From: the human T2T-CHM13v2.0 reference genome, Homo sapiens | Assembly (NCBI RefSeq): GCF_009914755.1 | Contig: NC_060943.1 | Length of the DNA stretch: 64,000 bases | Direction: 5' to 3' (one strand) | Part shown: piece after piece, positions 24,394-55,841 of the stretch | How positions within the stretch are numbered: position 1 is the first letter of the stretch | Layout: every line of letters begins with the position of its first letter | Program-made: the position numbers and the translations under genes | The notes under the pieces: generated by a model | Seen by the model: only the letters and a program-made list of their open reading frames with translations | What the model was told of the DNA's origin: nothing | Database searches by the model: none

Positions 24394-27000
24394 GCTTGGT
24401 GTCTCAGACATTGATGTACCTTTTCCCTGCCTCGCTCCAGGTTTTAGTGAAGTAAACAGTATTTGGAAAGTTGTTGCTGCCTCCATTTCTCTCTCTTGGG
24501 AACTGTCTCCCAATACCGTGTCCACCTGGGTCTCAGAGGCCCTGGTTCTGTCTCAGGAGCCAGGTAGACAAGCTGGAAGCTAGCCAGTCACTGACTTGTC
24601 CCATGTCTTGTTCCTCAGGCTCCTGGTTTGCCAGGAGTAGACAGAAGGTTTGGATGATCTTTGAGCAGTGGCAGAGGCCAGGGCCCTCAGGGAACAGATG
24701 ATAGAGGGGAGCTAGAATCCAAGAGAAGGCCCTTGGGGGGCTCTTCCTCCTCACAGCCCCAACCTGGGCCTCCTCACATGGGCCCTTCCCGGGCTGGTTG
24801 CCTCTGAGGCTCCTGGCCCCAGTGTCCCCCTCCAATCCATCCTCTGTATGGCAGCCAGGGGATCTATCTGAAACCCGTCTAACCAGGTCATCCTCCCACT
24901 TGCAGCCACTTGCGGCCCCTTGTTACACAGTGGACAGTCCAATTGCTTGGCCTTTGGTTTTACCCAACCAGCAAAACCAGCTTTTCTGAAACTGCTCCCT
25001 AGAATAATTTGTCCAGCCAGATTCTTAACATCGTTCAAGCCATGGGGTCAGCATGGGGCTGGGGGGAGAGTTGTGACTGTGAGCTCCTCAGTTCTATGGC
25101 CCTCAGATCAGATCCCAGCCTGAGCCTTCTCAGGGTGGAGTGGAGAGACAGCTGCAGCCAAGAAGCAGAGCAGTGGGGCCCCCAGCTTGGACATTGTCCT
25201 GGATGCCCCCCTCCACCCTCAGCCTTCCTTGGTCCACTGAAGCCGGCTCCCCGCCTTTCTCTGAGGGGGATGTGTCAGAAGTTTTGAATGTCATGTTTAA
25301 GCTCCACTTTGATGTACACCCTCCCCACTCAGGAAGATGCTCCCCATCCTTGGTGTTCCCAGTGGGGTACCCCAGGGAGTAGGATAGCACCATTGCCCCT
25401 CCTCCTCCACCAGGCCGTTGAAGTTCCACCTGATTTTTTTTAAGCTTAGGCCTAGGAAAGCTCACTATGACCATCTCGATGTTTCCAGAGGGAGCATTTG
25501 CCTTCAGACGGCAGCTGCCATCTAGGCCACTCTTCCTCATTGTTTGGAGTAAAGACAGGGTCCATGGGTCTCTTGGGAGCTGGAAGTGATTGATCACCTT
25601 GACTTTGATGTAGAAAGGAAGTAGATGGGGCAGTCTATCTGGGTGGACTTGTGACAAGGTCACTTTCTCCCACACTTCCATGCCCCACATAGCTCTTCAC
25701 ACATATTGAGACAAGTGTAGGATGCAAAATTACCAACTGGAATAATCCCAGCTTACATGGGGTTCAGGGAGAGAGACTGGAGTGGCTGGGCCTGAGTTGG
25801 CAGAGGACGGTGAAGCCTGGGCGGTTGGACTGTGGGGAGCCAGGCTTCAGGTGATCGGGGTTATGATGGGAAAACCCCGGGTTATGGGGACCCAGAGGAG
25901 CCGCCTGGCCTGCCGTGGAAGCAGTGCGGGCTCCCCTGAGCAGAGGACATGTGAGCTGAGACCTAAAGAATGAGTGATTGGGGCAAGGCAGAGGTAATGG
26001 TCTTGAGGTCAGAGAGGGGGCCTGTTTTTCCCAAGGGAACATAACTGGTTGGAATGAGTTCAAGGGGACTTGTAAGACTACAGAAGCTGGCAGGGGTCAG
26101 ATCACAGGAGGCTTTGGGAACCAAGGAGAGCTCTAGGCAGAGGAAGGACAGGGTCAGATTTGGCTTTAGGAAGCTCTGCATGGCTGTTGTCTGAAATGGG
26201 AAAGCTGAGGCCACGAGGCCAGGGCTGGACCAGGGCAGGGCTTTGTGGGGTTAGGAGAGTGACTAGAAGCCAAGCCCAGGTGTTGGTGATCAGTGGCTGT
26301 GTGTATTTATTTACCGGCAGGGGGCGCTAACAGGTAAGGGAGGAGCAAAGAGTTCCAGGATAACTGGAGTTTGGGGCTTGTAAGCCCGAGGGCTCACCAC
26401 GTTTCCAAGGGAGAAGGGACCACACTGATGGGACAGTGGGACTATCAGATTGGGTCAGTGCATGGGTACAGGCATGGGGGGTGATGAAGAGGCCAGTGTA
26501 GGTCACCAACACTGGGGGAAGCTGGGGACAGAGGTGGGTCTCACTGCAGAAACAACTGAAGCCATGGGGGACTGGGGGGCTGTGGTCACAAGGAAGGAGA
26601 AGCCCAGGCCCTAGCCAGAGAAAGCCACATAAGAAAGAGGAAGAGAGGTGAACAGAGGGGCTGGGAAAGGAGCGGCAGAGATGGGAGGTAGGGGGATGGG
26701 GTTAACCTTTCAGGTGAGGGGTGTGAGGAGGGGACCTCCAGGAGTTGTTCAGGAACTGGCCATTGCCGGGACAGAGGAGTAAGCAGGTAGGCTCAGAAAG
26801 GAGACACCGCTGGGGGGTGGGGGATGCTTGATGTGGAAATGACTTGGGCCCCCTTGTGTCTGGGAGCCTCCAGGAGGGAGAAGGGTGCTGAGAACAGAGA
26901 AAGCCCAGAGGTGGTAGGGGGTGCCTATCGCCACGGCCCAGCTTGCGTTTAGATGCCATGACCCTGGGCAAAGGAATAGGAATCATTTCCCCAAGGCAGG

Positions 27001-27169
27001 TTTATTGAGGACCTACTATGTGCCAGGCTGTGTACTAGGCACTGGAGGTGCAGCCCTGGATAAACAGCCCCCAGGTACAGGACTGTGGGAGATCACAAGC
27101 ACTAATGAGAGACGCTGAGGACAGTGCCTGGCACCAGATACAGCACAGTCAGCATGAGCTGGTTTTATT
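27001..27169 (-). terminator. Two candidate ATP4A polyadenylation signals
   Basis: tttatt at 27164-27169 and 27001-27006. Confidence 0.7.
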
Positions 27170-27560
27170 ACCATCGCCCAGGACACAAGCGTGTCTTTAA
27201 CGAAGGGCCCTCAGGCAGCCGTCCAGCCTGGACTGGAGTCCTAAGAACAGAAACACCCTCCAGAAGCGGTCAGCTGTACTCCCTGTCAGAGCCCCACCGC
27301 CACCACAGGTGGCGGCTTTCCCGAGGCCAGCCCAGAGGACTGCCCAGGCGCTGCTGCTCCAGGAGGTGCGAACCTTGGGAATGGGGGAGGGGAGTGGGCA
27401 GGTCCCTCCAAGTTTGGGGTGCCGTGGGCTACAGAAGCAGATACTGGTGGGGCTGGGACTCTTGGTTGCTCAGATATCTTGGTGGCTGTCCAGAGGGTCC
27501 CACGAGCCCTGCCCCCACCTGCTGTGGCAGTTGCAGGGATGCTTGAAGGCAGTCGTCCCT

Positions 27561-40585
<13,025 letters not shown>

Positions 40586-40638
40586 GGTGCCCGGTGCCTG
40601 TGCTCCCACCCAACAGAGCCTGGGCCCGGACCAGTCCT

Positions 40639-40715
40639 GATATACCCAGGGAGGGCGGTGGGGTGGAGCAGAACCGCCCGACCACAGCTGATTACAGGCT
40701 CCTTGGGGTGACCTC
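40639..40715 (-). promoter_or_regulatory. ATP4A core promoter: TATA-like element and AGGTCA half-site
   Basis: GGGTATATC on minus strand about 55 nt upstream of the ATG; tgacct at about 40709. Confidence 0.55.
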
Positions 40716-41064
40716 TAGGCCTGGGCACCTCAGGCATTCCCTCCTGGGCTGGCCCCCCCCTCCCCTGCCCAGATCCCCCCATGTCAACCTGCCCTGAGAT
40801 CAGGGAGCCCCTGGGAACCGCTGCAGCAACAAGAAGAGCAAACATAAGGTGCTCATTATGCGCTGGGCATTGTGCTGACGGCTTCCATGTGCTAACTTAT
40901 TTAACCTTCCAATAACCCTTTGAGGGGACAAGACCCTTTACAGATGGGGAAACTGAGGCATGGAGGGGTTGAGTCATTCTCCTATGGCTCCATCACAGGC
41001 TAGGACATAATGGAGTGAGAACCAGATCAGCTGGCTGCAGAGTGTCCTCTTTCAGTCTAAATAG

Positions 41065-41448
<384 letters not shown>

Positions 41449-42724
41449 TGAACTCTGACTATTCACTATGGGCTGGGTGTGCTCTGTGTGTCACTCAAAT
41501 GGTTTCCTTAGCATCTAACAGCAGCCCTGTAAAGCAATATTCTCTTCTTAGCCCCCATCAGGGACTTTGCAGAAGATTTCAACGTCTAAGAATTAGGGAC
41601 AGGGTTCCAGCCCGGGCTTGACCCCAGGGCTTGACCCCAGAGCCTAGCTCTTCTATGGCACCACCAATGGAAAAACCCAAACTTCACTGCAGCAGCACCA
41701 CACACATGCCAGGCTCTGCACGTGTGACCTCACGGGTCTTTGCAAAAAACCCTGTGCAGGCAGAACTATCATTCCTGTTGTGCAGAGGGGGAAACTGAGG
41801 CTCACAGGGACTCACATATCCAGCTACAGACTTTACAGCTCTCAACCATTCCCCGTCCCTACCCTAGATGGGGAAACCAAGGTGCAACATGGGGAAAGGA
41901 TGTGTCCAAGGGTCTTGGCTTGATCTTGGTGTTGGGTGACAGATGCCAGGAGGCCTGGGGACTCCCTCCTCATCCCTCAGGTAGGGACCTCCATGGGCAG
42001 CAGCAGCGAGGGGCTGGGCCAGTGGAATGGTGGGGACCTTGGTATGTTATGGGGTGAGCGTGTCTCCAGGAGCAGGTGAGCGTGCGCCTGATAAGATAAC
42101 TGCCCTGGCAATGTCCTTCTCTACTGGGGCAGGTCACCTGGGAAACTCAAAGCTGTTGGGCAGCCAGAGCTCCTCCCCGCACCCACACGGCTGGTCATCC
42201 CCAGCCTGCTAGAAGAAACCTCCAAAGAAGAGGTGGCGTGGGGCCACATGCTGTCCTTGTAGTGAATCTACTCGCTCACTGGGCTCCCATCAGCTCTGAG
42301 CCATGTATGTCAAACAGCTTGTGTCACCCCCTGCTTACAACCCTCCAAAGCCTTCCCTTCCCACTCAGAATAAACTCTGCACTCCTTCCTGCAACATCTG
42401 GCCCTGGTCACCTGTCCTGCCTCTGTTGCTGCTAGGTTTCCAGGGGCACTGACCTCTCTGCTGCACTTTGCACAGACCAAGGTCGTTCCTGCTTCAGGAC
42501 CTTGGTACTTACAGTTCCTTCTGCCTGGGCCCCCTTCCTTAGATGTCTGCACTGGCTTTCTCACCTCTTTCAGGTCTCAGCTCAAATGTCACCTCTTCAG
42601 AGAGTCCATTCTGTAATACTGCACACTGTGTTCTGTTCCTTTACCCCACTGTATTTACACCTCCTACTCCAACCTGACACTGTGTTTTCTTTTTATTTGT
42701 TTGGTGTTCATTAGAAGGAGGACT

Positions 42725-43395
<671 letters not shown>

Positions 43396-43569
43396 AGAAT
43401 TTTTTAAATTTTTGGCTGAATCATTTGGAAGCAAGTTGGAGACAGGATCCCCTTTATCCATACTTAGGCATGTGTCTTCTATGAATAAGGACATTTTCTT
43501 ACATAAGCACAGTCTAATAATCAAATTCAGGAAATTAACATTAATAAAACACTAGTAAATAATCTAGAG

Positions 43570-43793
43570 CAAGCTTGTCCAACCCATGGCCTGCAGGCCA
43601 TATGTGGCCCAGGACTGCTTTGAATGCTGCCCAATACAAATTCGTAGACTTTCTTAAAACATTATGAGATTTGTTTGCGATTTTTTTTTTTTTAGCTCAT
43701 CAGCTATTGATAGTGTTAATGTATTTTATGTGTGACCCAGGACAATTCTTCTTCCAATGTGGCCCAGGGAAGCCAAAAGATTGGACACCCATG
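43570..43793. mobile_element. MER30-like hAT MITE
   Basis: Imperfect terminal inverted repeats ca...tgtccaa / ttggaca...tg; recalled consensus. Confidence 0.6.
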
Positions 43794-44313
43794 ATTTGGA
43801 GGATTTATTTGAATTTCCCCAGTTTTCCCACTAATGTCCTTTTCCTAGTCCAGGATCCAGTCCGGGACCACACCTCACATTTTGGCTTCCTCCATTGCGT
43901 AACAATTCCTCCATCTTTCCTTGTCTTTCATGACCTGGGCGTTTTGGAAGAGTATGATTCAGTGATTTTGTAGACTTCGCTCAGTGTGGCTTTGCTGCTG
44001 GTTCTTCGTGATTAAGTTCGGGTTGTGTGCTGGCAGGAACACAGAAGGGATGTGTGTCCCCCCCATCCCCTGCCCCAGAGCATCATCGTGTCAGGCCATG
44101 CCCCATTTTGGAGTCTGTAACTTGTCTAGAGCAGGGTGGACATGGTGGGGAGGGGTCTCAAGAGCCTTAGGGAGTGATCAGGAAACCATTCTATGCCCTC
44201 TTTAATTTTTACTCAAGACAGTGCCACAGCCAGGGCTGGCACCCAGCTGCCCTGGTAGTTAAAGTAATTGAAAGAAATACAGCCACTGCCTGAGCCCCCA
44301 GCACTTCCCCTAA

Positions 44314-44748
<435 letters not shown>

Positions 44749-45187
44749 TAATTTTGCAGTCTTCAGATGGTATGCAAGTTGTGTGTTTTTGTGGGGAAGG
44801 TCTTTGCTTGGGTCATTTATTATTTTACCGTGTGTCTAAGCAATACTAACCCCTGTCTCTGGGAGGTGAACACTGAGGCCTTAGTCCACAGGCAGGATCT
44901 GGATAAGTTGGGAAGTGTTCCAAGTCTTTGGCACCCTGGAATGCAGCCTGGGTGGACCGCACGATGCCATTTCAGGCGGATGGACAACCCCTAGCACAAC
45001 TCAGGGGCAAAGAAACTTCTCACAAGAATGTTGCAAGTGTGACATGGTCCACAGTAGTGCAAGTTTCTCTGAGCCTGGGGCACACAGAACGTTGGAAACT
45101 TTTTTGAGAACAATTAGTGGTCAGAATTGAAAAAAATTTTCTTTTCTTGAGAAAGAGGGGCAGAGGACAGACTATTAAATGGACGGT

Positions 45188-45906
<719 letters not shown>

Positions 45907-46806
45907 TCAGACCCCTGGCTATTCCTCCTCCTTCCCATGTTCTACTTTTCCCTTTCATGCTTTGGGATCCTGCCCGCCCAGGCCTTCTGCTTTTCCAAAG
46001 GATCATTTCAAAACCTCAGCACATGCAATTTCCTCTACCTGAAGTGTGCACCCTACCTCCTCCCCATGTTTAACCACTCCTCACCTTTCCTGTTAAGCAC
46101 AGATGATCCTTCCTCCGGGAAGCCTTGGACTACCCACCAGGCTGAGTCAGGCACCTCCCTGGGCTTCCACAGACCCCTGGGGTCCCCATCACAGCCCCCA
46201 CCTCCCTGCCTGTGCTTCCCCCATCCCAGTCCTGACGACTCTGACCCTATAATTCCTCCATCACAGCCCTGACCACTCTGGGCTGTCATGCTTTGGTGAC
46301 ATTTCATCTCCCCCTCCAGATCCATGAGGGCAGGACCCAGGATGTCTCAGTCACCACTGTGTGCCCTGCATTGCCTGGCCCAGGCTGGCCTTGGGGAGTG
46401 TTTGCCAAGTGACAGGAGTCATTGTGACTGTGACTTTGGGTACAGTGTTTGCATCTCCCTGATAAGATAATGGGCCCAGCAATGCCCTTCACCTCCTGAG
46501 CAGGTCACCCCGCCCCCTCGACCCTGGGAGGATGAAAGCAAGGGGCTGGGCATACAGGGACCTTGCTTCTCCCGCCTCTCCAGGCCAGGTGCAGGGGCAG
46601 GTGGTCAGAATTGAAAAAATTGTCTAGGAGTCAAGGAGTTGGCCCCCAGCCCAGCTAAGCTGGCAGCCAGGCCCCTGCGTTCTGTCCCTCTCCCATCTTT
46701 GTGCAGATTGGAAAGGTCAGCCATCCTGGGCTGGGTGCAGAGCCCTTCACTTCTTCAGGAAATTTCCAGGCTGTACTTGCTCTGGGATTTTAAAAAATCA
46801 TATTCA

Positions 46807-47223
<417 letters not shown>

Positions 47224-47936
47224 CTAGAACTGTGAAGGGTACAGGGCGATTGCAAGAGGGCTTCTGGCTCGTGGGTCTCCTGCTTCTGGGCTGTCTGCTG
47301 TCACAAGAACCTGCAGGATCATTAACAAGCTCAGAACGATGGCCCTGATGCTGAAGCCCAAAGCTAGCCTGGAATTTCTCTTTGTGCTGACCTCGTTTTC
47401 CAAACGGCTCACTATCCGTGCCTATGGAGATGAAGACAGGCCGATGGGGGTGTTTTTCTAAGAAGGGGTGAAATTGCAGAAGGGCCACCTGGAGTGAAAC
47501 TGAAGGCCATGATCAGGGTTGGGGGAGGGAGGATTCAGCAGAGGAGAGGAGGAGGCAATGCAGGAAGACAGTGCGGGGATCCTGGGCACGCCCAGGTAGG
47601 AGGGCATGCTGGGAGACCTTGGGAAGAAGTGGGGTTGGCAGACTGTGAACAAAGTGGGGACAAGTCCCAGGGCAGCAGGAAGGGTGGGATGGAGAAGGGG
47701 TTGGGGCTGGTATCTAGAGAAGAGGGGAAGCTTCCGAGGCATCCATGGAAAGGGGTATAAGGTGGGTCAGGGGATGTTTCACCATGGGGGACAGAGGGTC
47801 ACTCTCCACCCACCAAGCAGGATGGCACAATGGCAAGTATTCCTAGCAGGAAGAAACAAAAGATGAAAAAGATGCAGAGAGGCAGGCAGTCATTCACAGG
47901 AACACTTAAAGGCATTTTGTAGATGGTCATCTCCAT
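47224..47936 (-). CDS. Putative two-exon CD225/dispanin-family gene (PMIS2-like paralog B), 106 aa; gene or young pseudogene
   Basis: Exon 47936-47814 ([41 protein letters not shown]|GTGGGT), 392-nt intron ending ttcatctccatAG, exon 47421-47224 ([40 protein letters not shown]...SQF*). Same intron position and phase as PMIS2. Confidence 0.55.
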
Positions 47937-48196
47937 GACTTTGACCTCTGGGCTCCGGAGGTCAGTCACACAGGCATGAACCCTGGTGGAGGGAGGGGCA
48001 GGGTCTGCAGAAGGACTGAGAAGGATCAGCAGATGCGAAGGAATGGGGACCAACAGAATCAATCCCATCAACAGGAATGTGCTGGGAACACTCAACCCAC
48101 AGTGAACTTGGCCTTTGTTGTGGGAAAAGAACCCTGCAATGCCCCCACTGACCTCTATGATACCCTTGCTAGCCCTCAAAGTATCCTGTTGGCTGC

Positions 48197-48493
48197 TTTT
48201 TTTTTTTTTTTTTTTGAGATGGAGTCTCACTCTGTCACCCAGGCTGGAGTGCAGCGGTGTGATCTCAGCTCACAACAACCTCCACCTCCTAGGTTGGGAT
48301 CCTCCCACCTCAGCTTCTTGAGTAGCTGGGATTACAAGCATGCACCACCATGCCCAGCTAATTTTTGTATTTTTAATAGAGGCAGGGTTTCACCATGTTG
48401 GCTAGGCTGGTCTCAAACTCCTGACCTCAAGTAAATCACCCACCTTGGTCTCCCAAAGTACTGGGATTACAGGCATGAGCCACCGTGCCCAAC
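48197..48493 (-). mobile_element. Alu
   Basis: Antisense Alu. Confidence 0.9.
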
Positions 48494-48663
48494 CCCTGTT
48501 GTCTTCTTCTGTCTCCCTAAACCCATCCCTGTTCTCCAGGAAGCACTACCTCTTGGTTTGCCAGTGCTTCCAGTTAGGTCTGGTCCTAGCAAGTTATTCT
48601 GAACTCCCCTTTCAGTCTAAAAAATGCTCAGTTTGAATTTTAAATCCAGTCACTCATTGCTTT

Positions 48664-48988
48664 AATCCAGTCACTCAATGGGGATAAGTTCTGAGAAATC
48701 CAGTCACTCAATGGGGATAAGTTCTGAGAAATGCATTGTTAGGTGATGTCATCATTGTTTGAACATCATAGCTTGTACTCACACAAACCTAAATGGAGAG
48801 CCTACTGCACACCTAGGCTATATGGGATAGCCTTTTGCTCCTAGGCTACAAACCTGCACAGCACCTTACTGTATTGAATACTGTAGGCAACTTATAACAC
48901 AATGGTAAGTATTTGTGTATCTAAACATATCTGAACATAGAAAAGATACAGTAAAAGTACAGTATAAAAGATAAAAGTGGTATACATC
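48664..48988. mobile_element. Tigger3/MER7-like DNA transposon relic with a 34-bp tandem duplication at its left end
   Basis: Recalled Tigger3 consensus (ttctgagaaatgc...ctaggctacaaacctg); aatccagtcactcaatggggataagttctgaga appears twice. Confidence 0.65.
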
Positions 48989-49345
48989 TGATATGATTTG
49001 CTGTGTCCCCACCCAAATCTCATCTTGAATTGTACCTCATCTGCCTGAATCAGTGCTGAACCACTGAGGCTTAAAACAGTGCCTGGCACTGTTACCCAAT
49101 AAATGTTCATTGAATATATGAGAGTCCCATGGTATCTGGCAACGTGGACACACAGGAGATGTGAACATGTGGGCACACATACGTGCATGCAACAGATGAA
49201 TCAGAAAGTGGAAACCTCCTCATAAACTTTACTGCTCTTAAAAATGCTGATGGATGAAGGGGTGGGTTACAGATTAATAGCATCTCAAGGCAGAAGAATT
49301 TTTCTTAGTACAGAACAAAATGGAGTCTCCTGTGTCTACTTCTTT

Positions 49346-52801
<3,456 letters not shown>

Positions 52802-52809
<8 letters not shown>

Positions 52810-52877
52810 AGCTCAGTCGGTAGAGCATAAGACTCTTAATCTCAGGGTTGTGGATTCGTGCCCCATGCTGGGTGCCA
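52802..52877 (+). tRNA. tRNA-Lys(CTT)-derived sequence with encoded CCA; retrotranscribed primer copy, probably non-functional
   Basis: GCCCAGCTAGCTCAGTCGGTAGAGCATAAGACT-CTT-AATCTCAGGGTTGTGGATTCGTGCCCCATGCTGGGTG-CCA; B box damaged (G53A, A58T). Confidence 0.9.
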
Positions 52878-52898
52878 GATGAAGAGGTGAGTTGCCCC

Positions 52899-53483
52899 TA
52901 AAAAGGATACCCTATTCCTTCTCTTTCTTAATTTCTTTTAGTCTCAATTGGGACTTTAATGCCATTTTCATTTTTTCCTAGTCCCTTTCCTGGTATATAT
53001 CCCATCTCAGTCATGATTTTTTGATTTGCGGGGCTGTATAATGGAGCAGGCATAGTGATTTCCGCACCCCGTTGTTGTAATAAATCTCGACCCCACAGAT
53101 TAAGAGGAATCGAAGTAGTCATTGGCTGAACAGTACTTTCTTGATTATCTGACCCTAAACAATGTAAAATCTTAGTACTTTGATACACTTCTGAGGCTGT
53201 GCCTACGCCGATAAGTCCTATAACAGCCTTTGTTTAGGCCAATTTTTTGGCCACTGATTGAAAGCAATGATAGAGACATCTGCTCCAGTGTCTACTAACC
53301 CTTCAAACTGTTTTCCTTGAATAATGGCCTTACACACAGGTCTGTTTTCTGAGACCTGACTTGCCCAATATGCAGCCTTTCCTGTCGGATCAGTGCTTCC
53401 AAACTCTCCTATTCTTTTTATTTTACTATTTCCAATCTTAATATAAGGCAGGAGTAATAACTGAGCAATCCTGTCTCCTGGAC
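52899..53483 (-). pseudogene. pro: HERV-K pro remnant (dUTPase end plus protease)
   Basis: PGDRIAQLLLLPY, LVDTGADVS, NLWGRDLL, G-patch; frameshift near 53230 and stop at 52928; ends at the pro-pol site CCTTTTTAGGGGC. Confidence 0.9.
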
Positions 53484-53555
53484 AGGAGGGGGGACTTCCT
53501 CCAACGCAGGCAGTCACTGATGTCCTAGTTCAAATGCTCCAGGGGGAACAGTCCA

Positions 53556-54308
53556 TTACTCACTGAGGGAGGCAGGCTTTCCTATTTTCTGTTTCAAGCT
53601 TTTGATCACAATGGAGCAAATGATCACAATGCAGCCCACCAGGATGCTGGTGATGCTGAATCCAAAAAGTAGTCTGGAATTGATCTGTGCTTTTCTCTGA
53701 TTCCCAAGGAAGTTGGCTTCCTGGGTCTGTGGGGGTAAAGGCAAGCTGGTGTGAATGTTTCCAAGATGGGGAGGGGGAAGAAAATCCCTGGGGAGAGGTG
53801 AAGAGGGCAAGATCAGGATGATGGCATGATGGAGGTCAGGGCAGGGCTCAGTCTCCCAGAGGAAAAAGGAAGAAACCAGGGAGCCAGGATGAGGGAGTAG
53901 ATCTAGGCAGAATACAGAGGGAGGAGCAGAGAGGTGGCCCTGGAGAGGTGCAAGGGCAAGCAGATGGTGAAGAGGGAGGAGGCAAATCCCCGAGAAACAC
54001 GAAGAGGTCCCTGGGGAGAAGCAGGGCATCGGCAGGAAAGAGAAAGAAGATCTGGGGACAAAGAGAGTTGGTAGCTGGGTGGTGCCCATCCTGAGGGAGA
54101 ACACCAGAGCGGGGATTGCCAGCAGGACGCAGAAGAAGGATACGACAGCGAGCAGTAAATAGTCTCTTTCTGGAGGACACAAGGGCATCAGGGTGACTGG
54201 TTGCATTGGGGCGAGCAGCTGCACTGGGATGAAGGGCTGCATGGGGATGAGTGGCTGCATCGGGGTGACCAGGGACTTCAAGTCCCTGGGGCTCATTGCA
54301 GTAGCCAT
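53556..54308 (-). pseudogene. CD225/dispanin-family gene (PMIS2-like paralog A) with AT in place of the GT donor; 129 aa if spliced, 250 aa if unspliced
   Basis: Exon 54308-54090 (...[29 protein letters not shown]|ATGGGC), 363-nt intron ending ctttacccccacAG, exon 53726-53556 ([38 protein letters not shown]...*). Confidence 0.7.
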
Positions 54309-54662
54309 AGGCCTTGGCCTGAGGAGGAGATGCTGGGTGAGTGGAATCTGCAGACAGGGGTCATGGGGTCCGGGAAGGGGACATCTGAGTCCCCAAGCAA
54401 CTGAGACCACCCAAACCAACCCCTCTGGCTAGAAAGGTACTGAAAGTTGACACTGTCCCAAGCCAGGGGACAGCGCTCCAAGCCAGAACCCACCACAGCC
54501 CCGTGCTCCTGTAGAGTAGCCTTGCTGGCTCTGGAACACCCACGCCACCCTCCTCTAGCCTCTCACAACCCCCTCCCTGCTCCCCTCTGGCTGTTGCACT
54601 TTCCTCCTCTAAACTCTCCCTACCCCTCCTTGCCCCGCAAACTCACACACCCCCACTGTTTT

Positions 54663-54880
<218 letters not shown>

Positions 54881-55027
54881 TGATGGGTTCAATATATAGT
54901 GTGTGGATCTCACATCCAGATTGAATATAAGTATAATGGGCAGATTTATCACTATTAGGAGGCTACTGTACATTAGGCCCAGGCTGGCCCCTGAGGGCCA
55001 CATGGTAACTAAGGCAGACAAGACCAT

Positions 55028-55493
55028 AACTCAGATAGAATAATAGTCTCCAATCCCATCCAGGTTGCTGTGAATGCCATTAATTCATTCCTTTTCATGG
55101 CTGAGTAGTATTCCACCATATATATATGTAAAATCAGTTTCTTTATCCACTCATTCATTGATGGGCATCTGGGTTGGCTCCACATTTTTGCAATTGCAAA
55201 TTGTGCTGCTATAAACATGTGTGTACAAGTATCTTTTTCACATAATGACTTCTTTTCCTTTGAGTAGATACCCAGTAGTGGGATTGCTGGATCAAATGGT
55301 AGTTCTACTTTTAGTTCTTTAAGGAATCTCCACACTGTTTTCCATAGTTATACTAGTTTACATTCCCACCAGCAATCAGGGAAATGCAAATCAAAACCAC
55401 AATGCGATACCACCTTATTCCTGCAAGAATGGCCATAATCAAAAACTCAAAAAATAATAGATATTGGCATGGATGGAGTGAACAGGGAACACT
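55028..55493. mobile_element. L1 ORF2 3' fragment with inversion (55028-55374 minus, 55375-55493 plus)
   Basis: [23 protein letters not shown] on minus strand; [11 protein letters not shown] on plus strand. Confidence 0.85.
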
Positions 55494-55841
55494 TTCCTTG
55501 AGTTTTAACTCCAGACTGGCTCCTTTGCTGTTTTTCTGGTGGGGCTCTTACCACATTTCCCACAGCCATTGGCTGTGTGCTCCTGCATACTTGGATGCTC
55601 CTCTCCTGCCTGGGCCCCACCAGGACCCCTGAGATCCAGGAGCCGTGGCTTTTGGGGGCTGGTAGAGAAGAAACAGGGAGCTACGTGAAGGCCAATGGCA
55701 GAAACCAAGAGAGTTTCAAGAAAGCAAGAAAGAGAAACCAGCTCTGAAAATAGCAAAAGGAACAACGGGAAAAAATAAAATAGTTTCATGTAACCTAAAA
55801 ACAGACATTGAGTCTTCGAATCAAATTGAAAGCACTTGCTA

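Noticed and set aside
53470-53500. Target-site duplication for the HERV-K fragment
   Set aside because: Only TCC matches between the two flanks, shorter than the 5-6 bp expected; cannot be supported.
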